64,000 nucleotides of DNA from an uncultured Candidatus Peribacteria bacterium (GCA_964349065.1 CAYGEY010000001.1:4261-68260); one strand, 5' to 3'; positions 1-8,169 are shown, numbered from the stretch's first letter. Notes: a model not told the origin generated them from the sequence alone. Translations and numbers: made by a program.

Positions 1-270
1 ATCCTCAACAATAATATCTAAATATTCACCTTTTTTCAATTCAATTGTAACAGCGATCTCATCACTAGGAGCAGAGCCATATTCCACTGCATTACTACAT
101 AGTTCATCAACAACCATTTGCATTCGAGATCCCCATTTTTCTGGCAACTCTGTTAAATTTGTCACAACATGAAGCATAAACTCTCGAATACCTGACTGGA
201 AATACAGTGAACTTGAGATCACAATCAGTATCTTACCTTCCTTCATATTTTCCAATTTACTCATATCCAT
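1..270 (-). CDS. anti-sigma regulatory factor-like kinase (GHKL/HATPase_c, RsbW/SpoIIAB-like), N-terminal 90 codons; the rest lies beyond the window edge
   Basis: Own translation of the reverse strand from ATG (268-270): MDMSKLENMKEGKILIVISS...MVVDELCSNAVEYGSAPSDEIAVTIELKKGEYLDIIVED. It carries an N-box-like E-x-x-x-N-A-x-E-Y motif typical of small anti-sigma kinases. It is absent from the ORF track because it is truncated by the window. Confidence 0.45.
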   Translation of the reverse strand, partial: MDMSKLENMKEGKILIVISSSLYFQSGIREFMLHVVTNLTELPEKWGSRMQMVVDELCSNAVEYGSAPSDEIAVTIELKKGEYLDIIVED

Positions 271-279
271 AATACTTTT

Positions 280-843
280 TTAAGAATTTTGCATTGCATT
301 CCGACGAATTGTATTCCAATCATACGGAAATTTAAACACCTCATGTACTCGTATCAGATTAGCTAAGATATTCCATTCATTCTCCTCTTGGAAAAAAAAT
401 GTCTCACCCCTCTCCTTGTACGGGTTGTATTCAGTCAACATACCATCCTCCTTCAGAAGAACATTTGCAACTGAAACAACACCAAATCTATGCATCTCTC
501 CAACTATTTTACCTATCTTAGATGTATCATTATGTAAAAAGAGCATCACATCAAGACCGGAAAAAACTTGCGCCGTATTCTCTTCAGAGAGTACAATCGG
601 CGCTTTCTGCCCGACTACTACAATATCTATATAAGGAATATGTGTTGCGGCCTCAGAAAGTATATTCACAATATCCATTTGTGCCTTATCTAAATTATCT
701 ATATATATACCGACTAGCAATGATTTCGGTTTTTTTGCTAATCCAAACTGCTGAACAAATATTTCCCTGTTCACATTCTTTTTTGTGATACTTTCCGCTG
801 TATACGCCTCAAATGGAGTGGACAATTTTGAAGATGATATCAT
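280..843 (-). CDS. glycosyltransferase-like protein resembling only the C-terminal half of glycogen/starch synthase; appears catalytically degenerate
   Basis: 187-aa ORF. The pattern ...LLVGIYIDNLDKAQMDIV...VVVGQK...GLDVMLFLH...FGVVSV...GETFFFQEENEW...YDWNTIRRNAM parallels the GT-B C-terminal lobe of GlgA, but the E-P-C-G-L type motif is not conserved. Confidence 0.35.
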   Translation of the reverse strand: MISSSKLSTPFEAYTAESITKKNVNREIFVQQFGLAKKPKSLLVGIYIDNLDKAQMDIVNILSEAATHIPYIDIVVVGQKAPIVLSEENTAQVFSGLDVMLFLHNDTSKIGKIVGEMHRFGVVSVANVLLKEDGMLTEYNPYKERGETFFFQEENEWNILANLIRVHEVFKFPYDWNTIRRNAMQNS

Positions 844-970
844 GAGTTTTTAGTTGGTATTTGTTTTTGTCTAAGTATTATACCAAATCTCTTCAAAAAA
901 ATACAACAAGTTTTATGACACATTACATATTTGTTGTTATATATTAATAACAGAATCACTAGCCCTATTC

Positions 971-999
971 TTGACTTTTCACTCTTTAAAAATTACACT
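971..999 (+). promoter_or_regulatory. putative sigma70-type promoter of the infC-rpmI-rplT operon
   Basis: TTGACT (971-976), a 17-nt spacer, then TACACT (994-999), located about 40-50 nt upstream of the inferred infC start. Confidence 0.35.
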
Positions 1000-1050
1000 T
1001 TATATAGTACAATCAAAATATATTATTTTTAGCTTCTAATATTTGTACCT

Positions 1051-1557
1051 ATCGCTAAGTCTCACCGCGTCAATAAAGAAATTACAGCAAAGAAAATTCT
1101 CCTCATACTTCAAGATGAGCGACCTGTAGAGCTCTCCATTGAGGATGCCCTCAAGCGGGCTGAAGACGAGAACATGGATCTTGTAGAAATCAATGCAAGC
1201 AACAACCCGCCAATGTGCCGTATTATGGATTTTGGAAAATTTTTGTATAAAAAGAAAAAACAAGAACAAGACGCAAAGAAACAACAACGAGGTCATGAAA
1301 CAAAAACCATCAGATTCGGCTTTTTAACCGGAGCGCACGATATTGAAATCCGCGTTAATCAAGCAAAAGAATTCCTTCAAAAAGGTAATTCTGTGAAGAT
1401 TCAGGTTCTCGGAAGAGGGAGACAACTCGCCTATTCCGGCTCCGCTATGGAAAAAGTTCAAAATTTTATTGCACAACTCACGGATCTGGCTACAGTGGAA
1501 TCACCTCCAAAACAAAATGGGGGGATGATTATAGCTGTTATCAAGCCATCTAAGTAA
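1051..1557 (+). CDS. infC: translation initiation factor IF-3 (non-AUG start; ATC at 1051 or ATA at 1039)
   Basis: The track ORF (1174..1557) starts inside the protein. The frame is open back to 1033 and encodes ...IAKSHRVNKEITAKKILLILQDERPVELSIEDALKRAEDENMDLVEINASNNPPMCRIMDFGKFLYKKKK, matching the canonical IF-3 N-domain and linker. There is no in-frame ATG upstream of 1174. Confidence 0.85.
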   Translation: MAKSHRVNKEITAKKILLILQDERPVELSIEDALKRAEDENMDLVEINASNNPPMCRIMDFGKFLYKKKKQEQDAKKQQRGHETKTIRFGFLTGAHDIEIRVNQAKEFLQKGNSVKIQVLGRGRQLAYSGSAMEKVQNFIAQLTDLATVESPPKQNGGMIIAVIKPSK

Positions 1558-1568
1558 TTATATACTGT

Positions 1569-1766
1569 ATGAAACTCAAAACACATAGTGGAGCAAAGAA
1601 ACGAATCAGCTTTACTGGAACTGGAAAAGCGATGTTTAACAAGGCCGCAAAACGCCATCTTTTGATGAACAAATCAAAAGGAGCGAAGAGCACTGGGGCT
1701 AATGGTATTATCGTGAGCAAGGCTCATAATAAAAGAATGAAAAAGTTATTACCATACGCAAAATAA
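1569..1766 (+). CDS. rpmI: 50S ribosomal protein L35
   Basis: MKLKTHSGAKKRISFTGTGK...; 65 aa, basic, in the canonical position between infC and rplT. Confidence 0.95.
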   Translation: MKLKTHSGAKKRISFTGTGKAMFNKAAKRHLLMNKSKGAKSTGANGIIVSKAHNKRMKKLLPYAK

Positions 1767-1807
1767 GCAATTATTATAGCATTTATTTCACATAATTAAG
1801 AAAGTAT

Positions 1808-2152
1808 ATGGCACGCGTAAAAAGAGGAGCAACACAACACAAACGGCATAAAAAGATTTTGAAACTCGCAAAGGGTTATCGAAGTGTAAGGAGCACCAAC
1901 CACAGACGAGCTCTGGAGGCGGTGATGAAAGCGGGACGACAAGCTTTTGCGGATCGACGAAAAAAGAAGAGAGACTTCCGAAGTTTGTGGATAATTCGTA
2001 TGAATGCGGCTGTGCGGGAGCACGGATTGTCATATTCTGCGTTTATTATGAAAATGAAGGAGAAAAATGTGATGTTAAATAGAAAGGTGTTGTCAGAATT
2101 GGCGATACACGAACCGAAGACATTTGAAAGCGTGGTGAAGTTTGTGAAGTAA
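1808..2152 (+). CDS. rplT: 50S ribosomal protein L20
   Basis: MARVKRGATQHKRHKKILKLAKGYRS...AFADRRKKKRDFRSLWIIRMNAA; classic L20 sequence. Confidence 0.95.
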   Translation: MARVKRGATQHKRHKKILKLAKGYRSVRSTNHRRALEAVMKAGRQAFADRRKKKRDFRSLWIIRMNAAVREHGLSYSAFIMKMKEKNVMLNRKVLSELAIHEPKTFESVVKFVK

Positions 2153-2172
2153 GAAAATTAAACATATTGAAG

Positions 2173-2200
2173 AAACTGTCTCGAAAGTGGCAGTTTTTTT
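2173..2200 (+). terminator. rho-independent terminator after rplT
   Basis: AAACTG...CAGTTT stem followed by a T7 run (2194-2200). Confidence 0.5.
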
Positions 2201-2204
2201 GTGA

Positions 2205-2237
2205 TAAAAAAATGACCTTCTCCGGGGAGAAGGTCAT
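2205..2237 (-). terminator. rho-independent terminator for the minus-strand small-ORF operon
   Basis: Perfect 12-bp stem ATGACCTTCTCC/GGAGAAGGTCAT (2212-2237). On the minus strand it is followed by a T-run (plus-strand A-run 2206-2211). Confidence 0.6.
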
Positions 2238-2262
2238 TAAACTAAGGTTTATCTATTGATCT

Positions 2263-2397
2263 TCAATATTTTGCCCTAGTTCTGTATAACATGAATTCAA
2301 GGATTTCCTCAAGTGCAGACAGTTCTGCAACCGATTTCCCTGAATCTACATTATTTCCTTCTTCATCTTCTTCCTCTTCTTCTTCACGAATGATCAC
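2263..2397 (-). CDS. small acidic protein, 44 aa (below the ORF-track cutoff)
   Basis: GTG start (2395-2397) sits 7 nt downstream of a perfect AAGGAGGTG Shine-Dalgarno (2402-2410). Product: (M)IIREEEEEEDEEGNNVDSGKSVAELSALEEILEFMLYRTRAKY; TGA stop at 2263-2265; terminator 26 nt downstream. Confidence 0.5.
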   Translation of the reverse strand: MIIREEEEEEDEEGNNVDSGKSVAELSALEEILEFMLYRTRAKY

Positions 2398-2430
2398 AGA
2401 ATCACCTCCTTTCCTTTTTGTTTTATTTTT

Positions 2431-2721
2431 TTAATCACCTCGCAATAAACTTAAAATCACTTTTTCATGATCTTGTCTTAAATGCAAATATTCAATTGAT
2501 TCCAAAGACCTTCTCACTGAATCAACAAAGAAATACATGTGGGCAAAAAAGAAAAAAGCAATTACTAAGTTAAATCCTACAGCAACCCGTATATCTCCTG
2601 ATCCAATAATTGCACTATCAAACCATGAGGCTGTCAGTATATATAACAACAACCCAAGACTCAAAGTGATAATCGAATTAAAAATCAACTTAGTTATTAA
2701 CCAACCATACTGTACTATCAT
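2431..2721 (-). CDS. small integral membrane protein (hypothetical)
   Basis: 96 aa with two clear hydrophobic helices (LITKLIFNSIITLSLGLLLYIL; VAVGFNLVIAFFFFAHMYFF). Sits directly upstream of the 44-aa ORF. Confidence 0.5.
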   Translation of the reverse strand: MIVQYGWLITKLIFNSIITLSLGLLLYILTASWFDSAIIGSGDIRVAVGFNLVIAFFFFAHMYFFVDSVRRSLESIEYLHLRQDHEKVILSLLRGD

Positions 2722-2817
2722 AGGATAACCCCTTTTTTTGTTATAAATATTTATATCATATTTTTTTATTAAATCAACAATATATCAAATAACAGCACAA
2801 CAACCATTATTGACAGT

Positions 2818-4260
2818 TTACCTCTTCCTCACCACATACCCTTCCCCAGTATCCTCCACAACATACCCCATCACCTCAATCTCCCCCCTCAATCTATCCG
2901 CCTCTCCAAAATCCTTCTCCTTCTTGGCTTCCAACCTTTTTCTCGCCAACAACTCCACTGTATCAGGGACCACCGCAACTTCCCACGGAAACAACACTCC
3001 AAATACAGTATCAAGCGTCTTCCAAAGCTGCACCACCACTTTTGCCTCAGCCTCATTCAACTCCCCGGCATCCATCCGGCTATTGATCTTCGTCATAAAC
3101 TCAAATACATGCGCAAACGCTTCCGGAGTACCTAAATCATCCTCTAAACTCACCACAACATCTCCCAAAAAGCTATTTATCTCCTTACTAAACACCATAC
3201 TAATCACACCATCCCCTTTCACACCTTCCAACCTATCCACAAAACGATGTATCGATTTTAACGATTCCTTGGCACTACTCAGTTCCTTCCACGTAAAATC
3301 ACTTGAACTTCTATAATGACTTCTTAAATAAAAAAACCGCAACTCCTGCATCGTAAATCCCTGAGCCTCAACATCCCCCAACAAATACACATTCCCTTTA
3401 CTCTTGGCCATCTTCTCCCCTTCCACGGTCATATGCCCGGCATGCATCCAATATTTCACAAACGGCAGTTTCTTATTCGGCGCCGCGCACTCACTCTGCG
3501 CAATTTCACACTCATGATGTGGAAACTTGTTATCTATAGCCCCTCCATGAATATCAATATGCTCGCCTAAAAACTCATTAGACATCGCAGAACACTCAAT
3601 ATGCCAGCCCGGATACCCGCGTCCCCATGGACTATCCCACATCATACTTTGCTCTTTACCCAAAACCCACAATGCAAAATCATGCGGAGATTTTTTATCC
3701 TCCAAATCCTCCACTCGCCCACTCGCTCCCACAGCCAGTTCATCCAAAGTATTTCCAGAAAGTCTCCCATATTCCGGAAATGCCTGAATATCGAAATACA
3801 CTCCCGACTTGGTAACATACGCCTTTTTATTTTCTATCAATTTCTCAATCATCACAATCATCCCGGGAATATGATCCGTCGCTTTGCACACCGTATTTGG
3901 CATTGATACATGCAATTTCTCAAACCCCTCCAAAAAATCATCAGTATAAAATTTCGCCACATCCCACACTGTTTTATTGTCACGCTTTGCAGCTTTTTCC
4001 ATCTTGTCTTCACCCGCATCGCTCGAAAGCAAGTCATCTTGTGTTAAATGCCCCACGTCCGTAATATTCATCACATGATTGACTGTATAATCCGAAAATC
4101 GCAAAAATTTCACTAGTAAATCCCATGAAACATAAGTCCTATAATTCCCAATATGTTGAAAATGATACACCGTCGGACCGCATGTATAGATTGTAACTTG
4201 CCTATCTTTAAGAGTTTTGAATTTTTCCTTTCGACGTACTTCTGAGTTATAAAGCTCCAT
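2818..4260 (-). CDS. cysS: cysteine--tRNA ligase
   Basis: 480 aa with a HIGN (HIGH-type) motif in CGPTVYHFQHIGNYRTY, a KMAKSKGN (KMSKS) motif and WHIECS zinc-site context. Confidence 0.95.
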   Translation of the reverse strand: MELYNSEVRRKEKFKTLKDRQVTIYTCGPTVYHFQHIGNYRTYVSWDLLVKFLRFSDYTVNHVMNITDVGHLTQDDLLSSDAGEDKMEKAAKRDNKTVWDVAKFYTDDFLEGFEKLHVSMPNTVCKATDHIPGMIVMIEKLIENKKAYVTKSGVYFDIQAFPEYGRLSGNTLDELAVGASGRVEDLEDKKSPHDFALWVLGKEQSMMWDSPWGRGYPGWHIECSAMSNEFLGEHIDIHGGAIDNKFPHHECEIAQSECAAPNKKLPFVKYWMHAGHMTVEGEKMAKSKGNVYLLGDVEAQGFTMQELRFFYLRSHYRSSSDFTWKELSSAKESLKSIHRFVDRLEGVKGDGVISMVFSKEINSFLGDVVVSLEDDLGTPEAFAHVFEFMTKINSRMDAGELNEAEAKVVVQLWKTLDTVFGVLFPWEVAVVPDTVELLARKRLEAKKEKDFGEADRLRGEIEVMGYVVEDTGEGYVVRKR

Positions 4261-4324
4261 ATTTAGTTATTACAAAAAAGCTTCCATACATTATCAGAAG
4301 GTATTATAAAGTCAAAATCACAAC

Positions 4325-4618
4325 TTATTTCTTCTCCACACAAATTGGGCATGAATCATCTTTCCTTACCACAATAAGCGCCGAATGCAACAGTCCCATC
4401 CCCCAAAACGCCTCTAAAAGCAACGCATACGACACCAAAATCAAACTCCAAAACACCAAAGCATTGAGAGATTCTATCGCATATAACGTGCCAAGGTTAG
4501 TCAACACCCCCAAACAAATCCGAATCATACGACTCGTAAAATCAAGGTGGCAGACAAAAAATGATAATTTAGATCGAAAACCCATGTGTATATTTATGTT
4601 GTTCAAAACATTATACAC
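4325..4618 (-). CDS. hypothetical membrane protein
   Basis: 97-aa ORF with hydrophobic segments (LNALVFWSLILVSYALLLEAFWGMGLL). No recognisable family; start uncertain. Confidence 0.35.
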   Translation of the reverse strand: MYNVLNNINIHMGFRSKLSFFVCHLDFTSRMIRICLGVLTNLGTLYAIESLNALVFWSLILVSYALLLEAFWGMGLLHSALIVVRKDDSCPICVEKK

Positions 4619-4640
4619 TATGATTCTCTAATAACACAAA

Positions 4641-5681
4641 CTACGCCCCATACACCATCAAATCAGCCGTTACCCCACCATCATCAAAAATATTAATCTC
4701 CACAAATGACTTCGGTTTCGTCTTCTCCCCATCTGTCACATCAATTTCATTACGCCAAGTATCCGTCACATATCGCATAATACCGCTTTTTTTACTCGTA
4801 TGAAACACATGCAAATGTCCAAGCACTATAATATTTTTATCCTCATGCAAACTCTGAGCTGATTTCAAAAGATGCGGCAAAAACTTCGTATCATTAAGAA
4901 AATCAAATCCATGCCGCCATAAATGCTTAGAAATATTTTTCCACGGCACCGAATACGTCGGATCCTTCACAGCCATGAGGGATTTCACAATCATATCCTT
5001 AAAAATAATTTTCCAAAGTGTCTTCTTCTTCTCCCGTTTAATAATCGGAAACAATTCAGGAATCATCTTTTTCGGGAACACTTGTTCTGCCTCAGGATAT
5101 TTCTTTTTTAACGGATTGAGGTACTGGAAACAAACCTGTGCACCAAATGAAGTATTGAGATAGGTCTTACCCCTTCTCTGAAAAAAATTTTTCTCTATAT
5201 CTATTTGAAAAAAGGGATCGAATTGCTGACCATGCTCAATATGCACATACGGCCGGCCAAAATCATATCCAAAATCAACCTTATTACGAGAACCCAAAAC
5301 TTCTTTCAAACGGTTTTGTACCTCAGGCCAAGCCAGATCTGCATCGTGATTACCTATCACGAAAAAAATTGAATGCTTTTTATGATCCAAAAGCCGCTTC
5401 ATTGCTTCAAATACAAGAGTATGTGTTGTAAGTACCTCTTCCAATTTCCACATTGAGACTTCAAGCGTTATACTCCTAGGATATTTCCCCTTATAACTCA
5501 TTTTCAAAAAATCAAACGTATCCCCATTGCATACAAGCGTCATTGGAATATCCGCATGTTTATCTGTTTGTTCATCAATAAAAGCCGCCAACATCTCGTC
5601 GTCATAAAAATCATCCATGATATCCCCTCGACCCATCTCGATGTCACTGATTACAATGATTTTCTCTTGTACCTCTGCCAT
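4641..5681 (-). CDS. metallophosphoesterase (calcineurin-like phosphoesterase family)
   Basis: Motifs ISDIEMGRGD, NGDTFDF, GNHDADL and GHLHV. The track start (5711) is a TTG; the first ATG is at 5681 (MAEVQEKIIVISD...). Confidence 0.75.
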   Translation of the reverse strand: MAEVQEKIIVISDIEMGRGDIMDDFYDDEMLAAFIDEQTDKHADIPMTLVCNGDTFDFLKMSYKGKYPRSITLEVSMWKLEEVLTTHTLVFEAMKRLLDHKKHSIFFVIGNHDADLAWPEVQNRLKEVLGSRNKVDFGYDFGRPYVHIEHGQQFDPFFQIDIEKNFFQRRGKTYLNTSFGAQVCFQYLNPLKKKYPEAEQVFPKKMIPELFPIIKREKKKTLWKIIFKDMIVKSLMAVKDPTYSVPWKNISKHLWRHGFDFLNDTKFLPHLLKSAQSLHEDKNIIVLGHLHVFHTSKKSGIMRYVTDTWRNEIDVTDGEKTKPKSFVEINIFDDGGVTADLMVYGA

Positions 5682-5789
5682 GAAAAATAGTTTGAATACA
5701 AAAACTACCAAGTCCTATCAATCCTGCACCATTCTACTCAAACAGAGTGATCTGCAAACCTTTTTGTTGAGTAAAACTTTACTCATAAT

Positions 5790-6368
5790 TTATCTTTTGG
5801 ATGTACCGATTTCCTGCATGTAATCAAAGATTCCATCTTCATCTTCAGAAATTGTTGTCAAAGCAATATGGAGTTTTTGACCGAATTCAATTTTTTGATA
5901 AAGAACTTTTGCTAAACTTATAGCAGTAGCTCGATGGTGCCCCTCAATACAAACTACTTTTCCGAGTTTTTCACGAATAACACCGGTAAATAATGCTTGA
6001 GCCGGAAAGTTTTTTATCATATCCAAAACTTTGCCATGGTGGCTATAAAATTCTAAATTCTCCGGAAGCGCGAGCATTTCTTCAAAAGAATATTTATTGT
6101 GCTCCGGTACCTTCGCTTGCCACCCATTAAATGGTCCCATAAGCATCTTTGGAATGAATTCCATCTGATCATCAATACTATAGATCTTCCATTGTCTTTT
6201 TTCCGCTCCAAAAAGTGATAGTGTGTTTCTTCGCCAACTTTCCCAATCCGGCCACCCTTTAACATCTGTGGCACAGTGAATCCAGTCAGGGTTTTTTGCT
6301 TCGTTTTTTCGCCATTCATCGAAGAGTTCTTCAAAGGAAATGTCGCGGATTGGGGTGAGGTTGTGCAT
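5790..6368 (-). CDS. hypothetical protein with a C-terminal ParB/Srx-like (DGHHR-type) motif
   Basis: 192 aa with a Trp-rich N-terminal half. The C-terminal LGKVVCIEGHHRATAISLAKVL resembles the ParB N-terminal/sulfiredoxin fold motif. Its start lies 3 nt after the stop of the upstream 59-aa gene. Confidence 0.45.
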   Translation of the reverse strand: MHNLTPIRDISFEELFDEWRKNEAKNPDWIHCATDVKGWPDWESWRRNTLSLFGAEKRQWKIYSIDDQMEFIPKMLMGPFNGWQAKVPEHNKYSFEEMLALPENLEFYSHHGKVLDMIKNFPAQALFTGVIREKLGKVVCIEGHHRATAISLAKVLYQKIEFGQKLHIALTTISEDEDGIFDYMQEIGTSKR

Positions 6369-6371
6369 TGG

Positions 6372-6551
6372 TTATTTTTTTACTATATCTAATCGAGATG
6401 TATTCCTACTTTTCTGTCTCCGCATCTCATCAATATCAGATTCAGCTTGTTCAACTTTTTTATTTATTAAATTACTAAGTCTCTTCGAAATCACAACATC
6501 ACCCATATCTGTAATTATTATCTCACTCGGATCTATTTTTAGAACTTCCAT
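6372..6551 (-). CDS. small protein, 59 aa; paralog of 6759..6938 (possibly AbrB/MazE-like antitoxin)
   Basis: Own translation: MEVLKIDPSEIIITDMGDVVISKRLSNLINKKVEQAESDIDEMRRQKSRNTSRLDIVKK. Shares M..LK(I/L).PSE...GDV...DEMRR.KS with the other 59-aa ORF. One residue below the track cutoff. Confidence 0.5.
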   Translation of the reverse strand: MEVLKIDPSEIIITDMGDVVISKRLSNLINKKVEQAESDIDEMRRQKSRNTSRLDIVKK

Positions 6552-6578
6552 AATTACAAAATTTAATTAATACACACA

Positions 6579-6728
6579 TTACTTTTTAACAATATTCAAC
6601 TCAGAAGTATCCCAAACAACATGTATCCCCGTTTCTTCCTCAGCCTCTTTAATCATTTCTGTCATCAACTTATGTTGTTTTTTAGGCAAAGAAATAATTT
6701 CATACTCACTTATTTGGGAATTATTCAT
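6579..6728 (-). CDS. small protein, 49 aa (hypothetical)
   Basis: Own translation: MNNSQISEYEIISLPKKQHKLMTEMIKEAEEETGIHVVWDTSELNIVKK. Lies in series with the flanking small genes on the same strand. Confidence 0.4.
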   Translation of the reverse strand: MNNSQISEYEIISLPKKQHKLMTEMIKEAEEETGIHVVWDTSELNIVKK

Positions 6729-6758
6729 ATTATTGGGATTCTAAGATATAATAATATA

Positions 6759-6938
6759 CTACTTTCTCATTGAATTAACTCGGACAGAGCTCATAGATTT
6801 CATTCTGCGCATTTCATCAACTTGCGCATCAGCTTCATCCGTCATTTTATCTATAATTTTATTAATATAATCTGGAAAAATGACATCACCATTTTCTAGG
6901 TATGTTACTTCACTTGGGTTCAATTTGAGATCTTTCAT
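6759..6938 (-). CDS. small protein, 59 aa; paralog of 6372..6551
   Basis: Own translation: MKDLKLNPSEVTYLENGDVIFPDYINKIIDKMTDEADAQVDEMRRMKSMSSVRVNSMRK. Starts 11 nt after the stop of the 88-aa gene. Confidence 0.5.
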   Translation of the reverse strand: MKDLKLNPSEVTYLENGDVIFPDYINKIIDKMTDEADAQVDEMRRMKSMSSVRVNSMRK

Positions 6939-6949
6939 AATAACTCATT

Positions 6950-7216
6950 TTATAAAGTAAAACATGTAATAACCATTATTTTTCGTCTTCGTTGATCTAA
7001 CCAAAACCAGTAGAGCTGATAGTTAAACCAAGTAGTTTCATTCCGATTAAATCTCTCATTCCATATTGTAACTCCACCAAAAAATGTTTTTATTGATTCT
7101 TGGGTAGTAGTTCGATGTCTAACAAAAATATGTAGTAACTCTGGAAAATCCGGTTCATATTTGAAGTAAAAGTGGTGGCCCTTCTCATAAACATGCTTAT
7201 TTTTCTTAGGAGCCAT
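6950..7216 (-). CDS. hypothetical 88-aa protein, weakly BrnT/DUF497-like (possible toxin)
   Basis: LLHIFVRHRTTTQESIKTFFGG...WNERFN...RKIMVITCF loosely parallels the KHG(V/I)SFEEA...EERF...IRIISAR pattern of BrnT. Motif-level resemblance only. Confidence 0.35.
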   Translation of the reverse strand: MAPKKNKHVYEKGHHFYFKYEPDFPELLHIFVRHRTTTQESIKTFFGGVTIWNERFNRNETTWFNYQLYWFWLDQRRRKIMVITCFTL

Positions 7217-7579
7217 TTATGTTAATTAGAGTATAACTATTAGAGCAATGAAGCGCAATTCAAATTGCCTCAAACTATTTTATGTTGTCTAAGAAAATTT
7301 CAAACCAAAAATTTCCGATTGTGTTATAAATTTACTACTACAGAAGGCATAATCCACCACCTACTTCCCATCTCCCCAACAACATCCCCTTTACTTTTTC
7401 CAGAAATCACATATACTACCCACGATTTCTTACCCAATAAAGCCTGTTGTCACAACAACCCAGTGCTTAGCAGACCTCTCTGGTCCTCATAATTAGGACT
7501 ATAGCATTTTGTTAAGCAATGACCTGACAACAAGGCAAAGCGGAAAGAAACACCGTTTTATTTTGTTGTTATTTTTATT

Positions 7580-8164
7580 ATGGAAAAACTCGCAATTGTT
7601 CATGCTCATTCTGGACTACCAACTGGTACAGTTCTTACTCGAAAGGAGGTCATAGAAAACGAGGCTTGCTGTATGTGTACCAGTGTCTATGTTTTAAATT
7701 CAAAAGGAGAAGTTCTTTGCCACCAAAGATCTCTCGGAAAAGAACGTTTCCCTGGACTTTGGTACACACACGTAGGAGGACATGTCGGTCATGATGAAAC
7801 ATACCACTCCAATGCCGTCAAAGAAGTAGAGGAAGAGATTGGCCTCAAGGTTAACCATGCAAAAATTATTCCATGGCGAACGACAAAAAACACTGAATCA
7901 AATTTTTGGGTACGGGAATTCGTCACAATTATTGATGTATGTATTGATGAACTTACTCCACAGCCCGGAGAAGTAGAAAAATTTGAATGGAAAACTCTTG
8001 AGCAAATTGAAGAAGAATCCGCACAAGATCCACATAAGTGGAAAGCCGGTACGCATGATTTCAGAACAGAATACTTCTGTATGAGATCTGTACTCACCGC
8101 TATGGATCACAAAGGAATATTTGAGGTGCCGAGGGATCAGCAAATTTGGGGACATCAAGAGTAA
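7580..8164 (+). CDS. Nudix hydrolase
   Basis: Nudix box GGHVGHDETYHSNAVKEVEEEIGL (GX5EX7REUXEEXGU pattern). Confidence 0.8.
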   Translation: MEKLAIVHAHSGLPTGTVLTRKEVIENEACCMCTSVYVLNSKGEVLCHQRSLGKERFPGLWYTHVGGHVGHDETYHSNAVKEVEEEIGLKVNHAKIIPWRTTKNTESNFWVREFVTIIDVCIDELTPQPGEVEKFEWKTLEQIEEESAQDPHKWKAGTHDFRTEYFCMRSVLTAMDHKGIFEVPRDQQIWGHQE

Positions 8165-8169
8165 GTCCA

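Noticed and set aside
2810-3316. A 168-aa plus-strand ORF overlapping cysS.
   Set aside because: It is antisense to a clearly conserved cysS, and its Ser/Thr/Pro-rich nonsense composition marks it as a shadow ORF.
7265-7492. A 75-aa plus-strand ORF in the gap upstream of the Nudix gene.
   Set aside because: It has no SD or promoter context and an odd Cys/Pro/Thr-rich composition with no family resemblance. The region is treated as non-coding.
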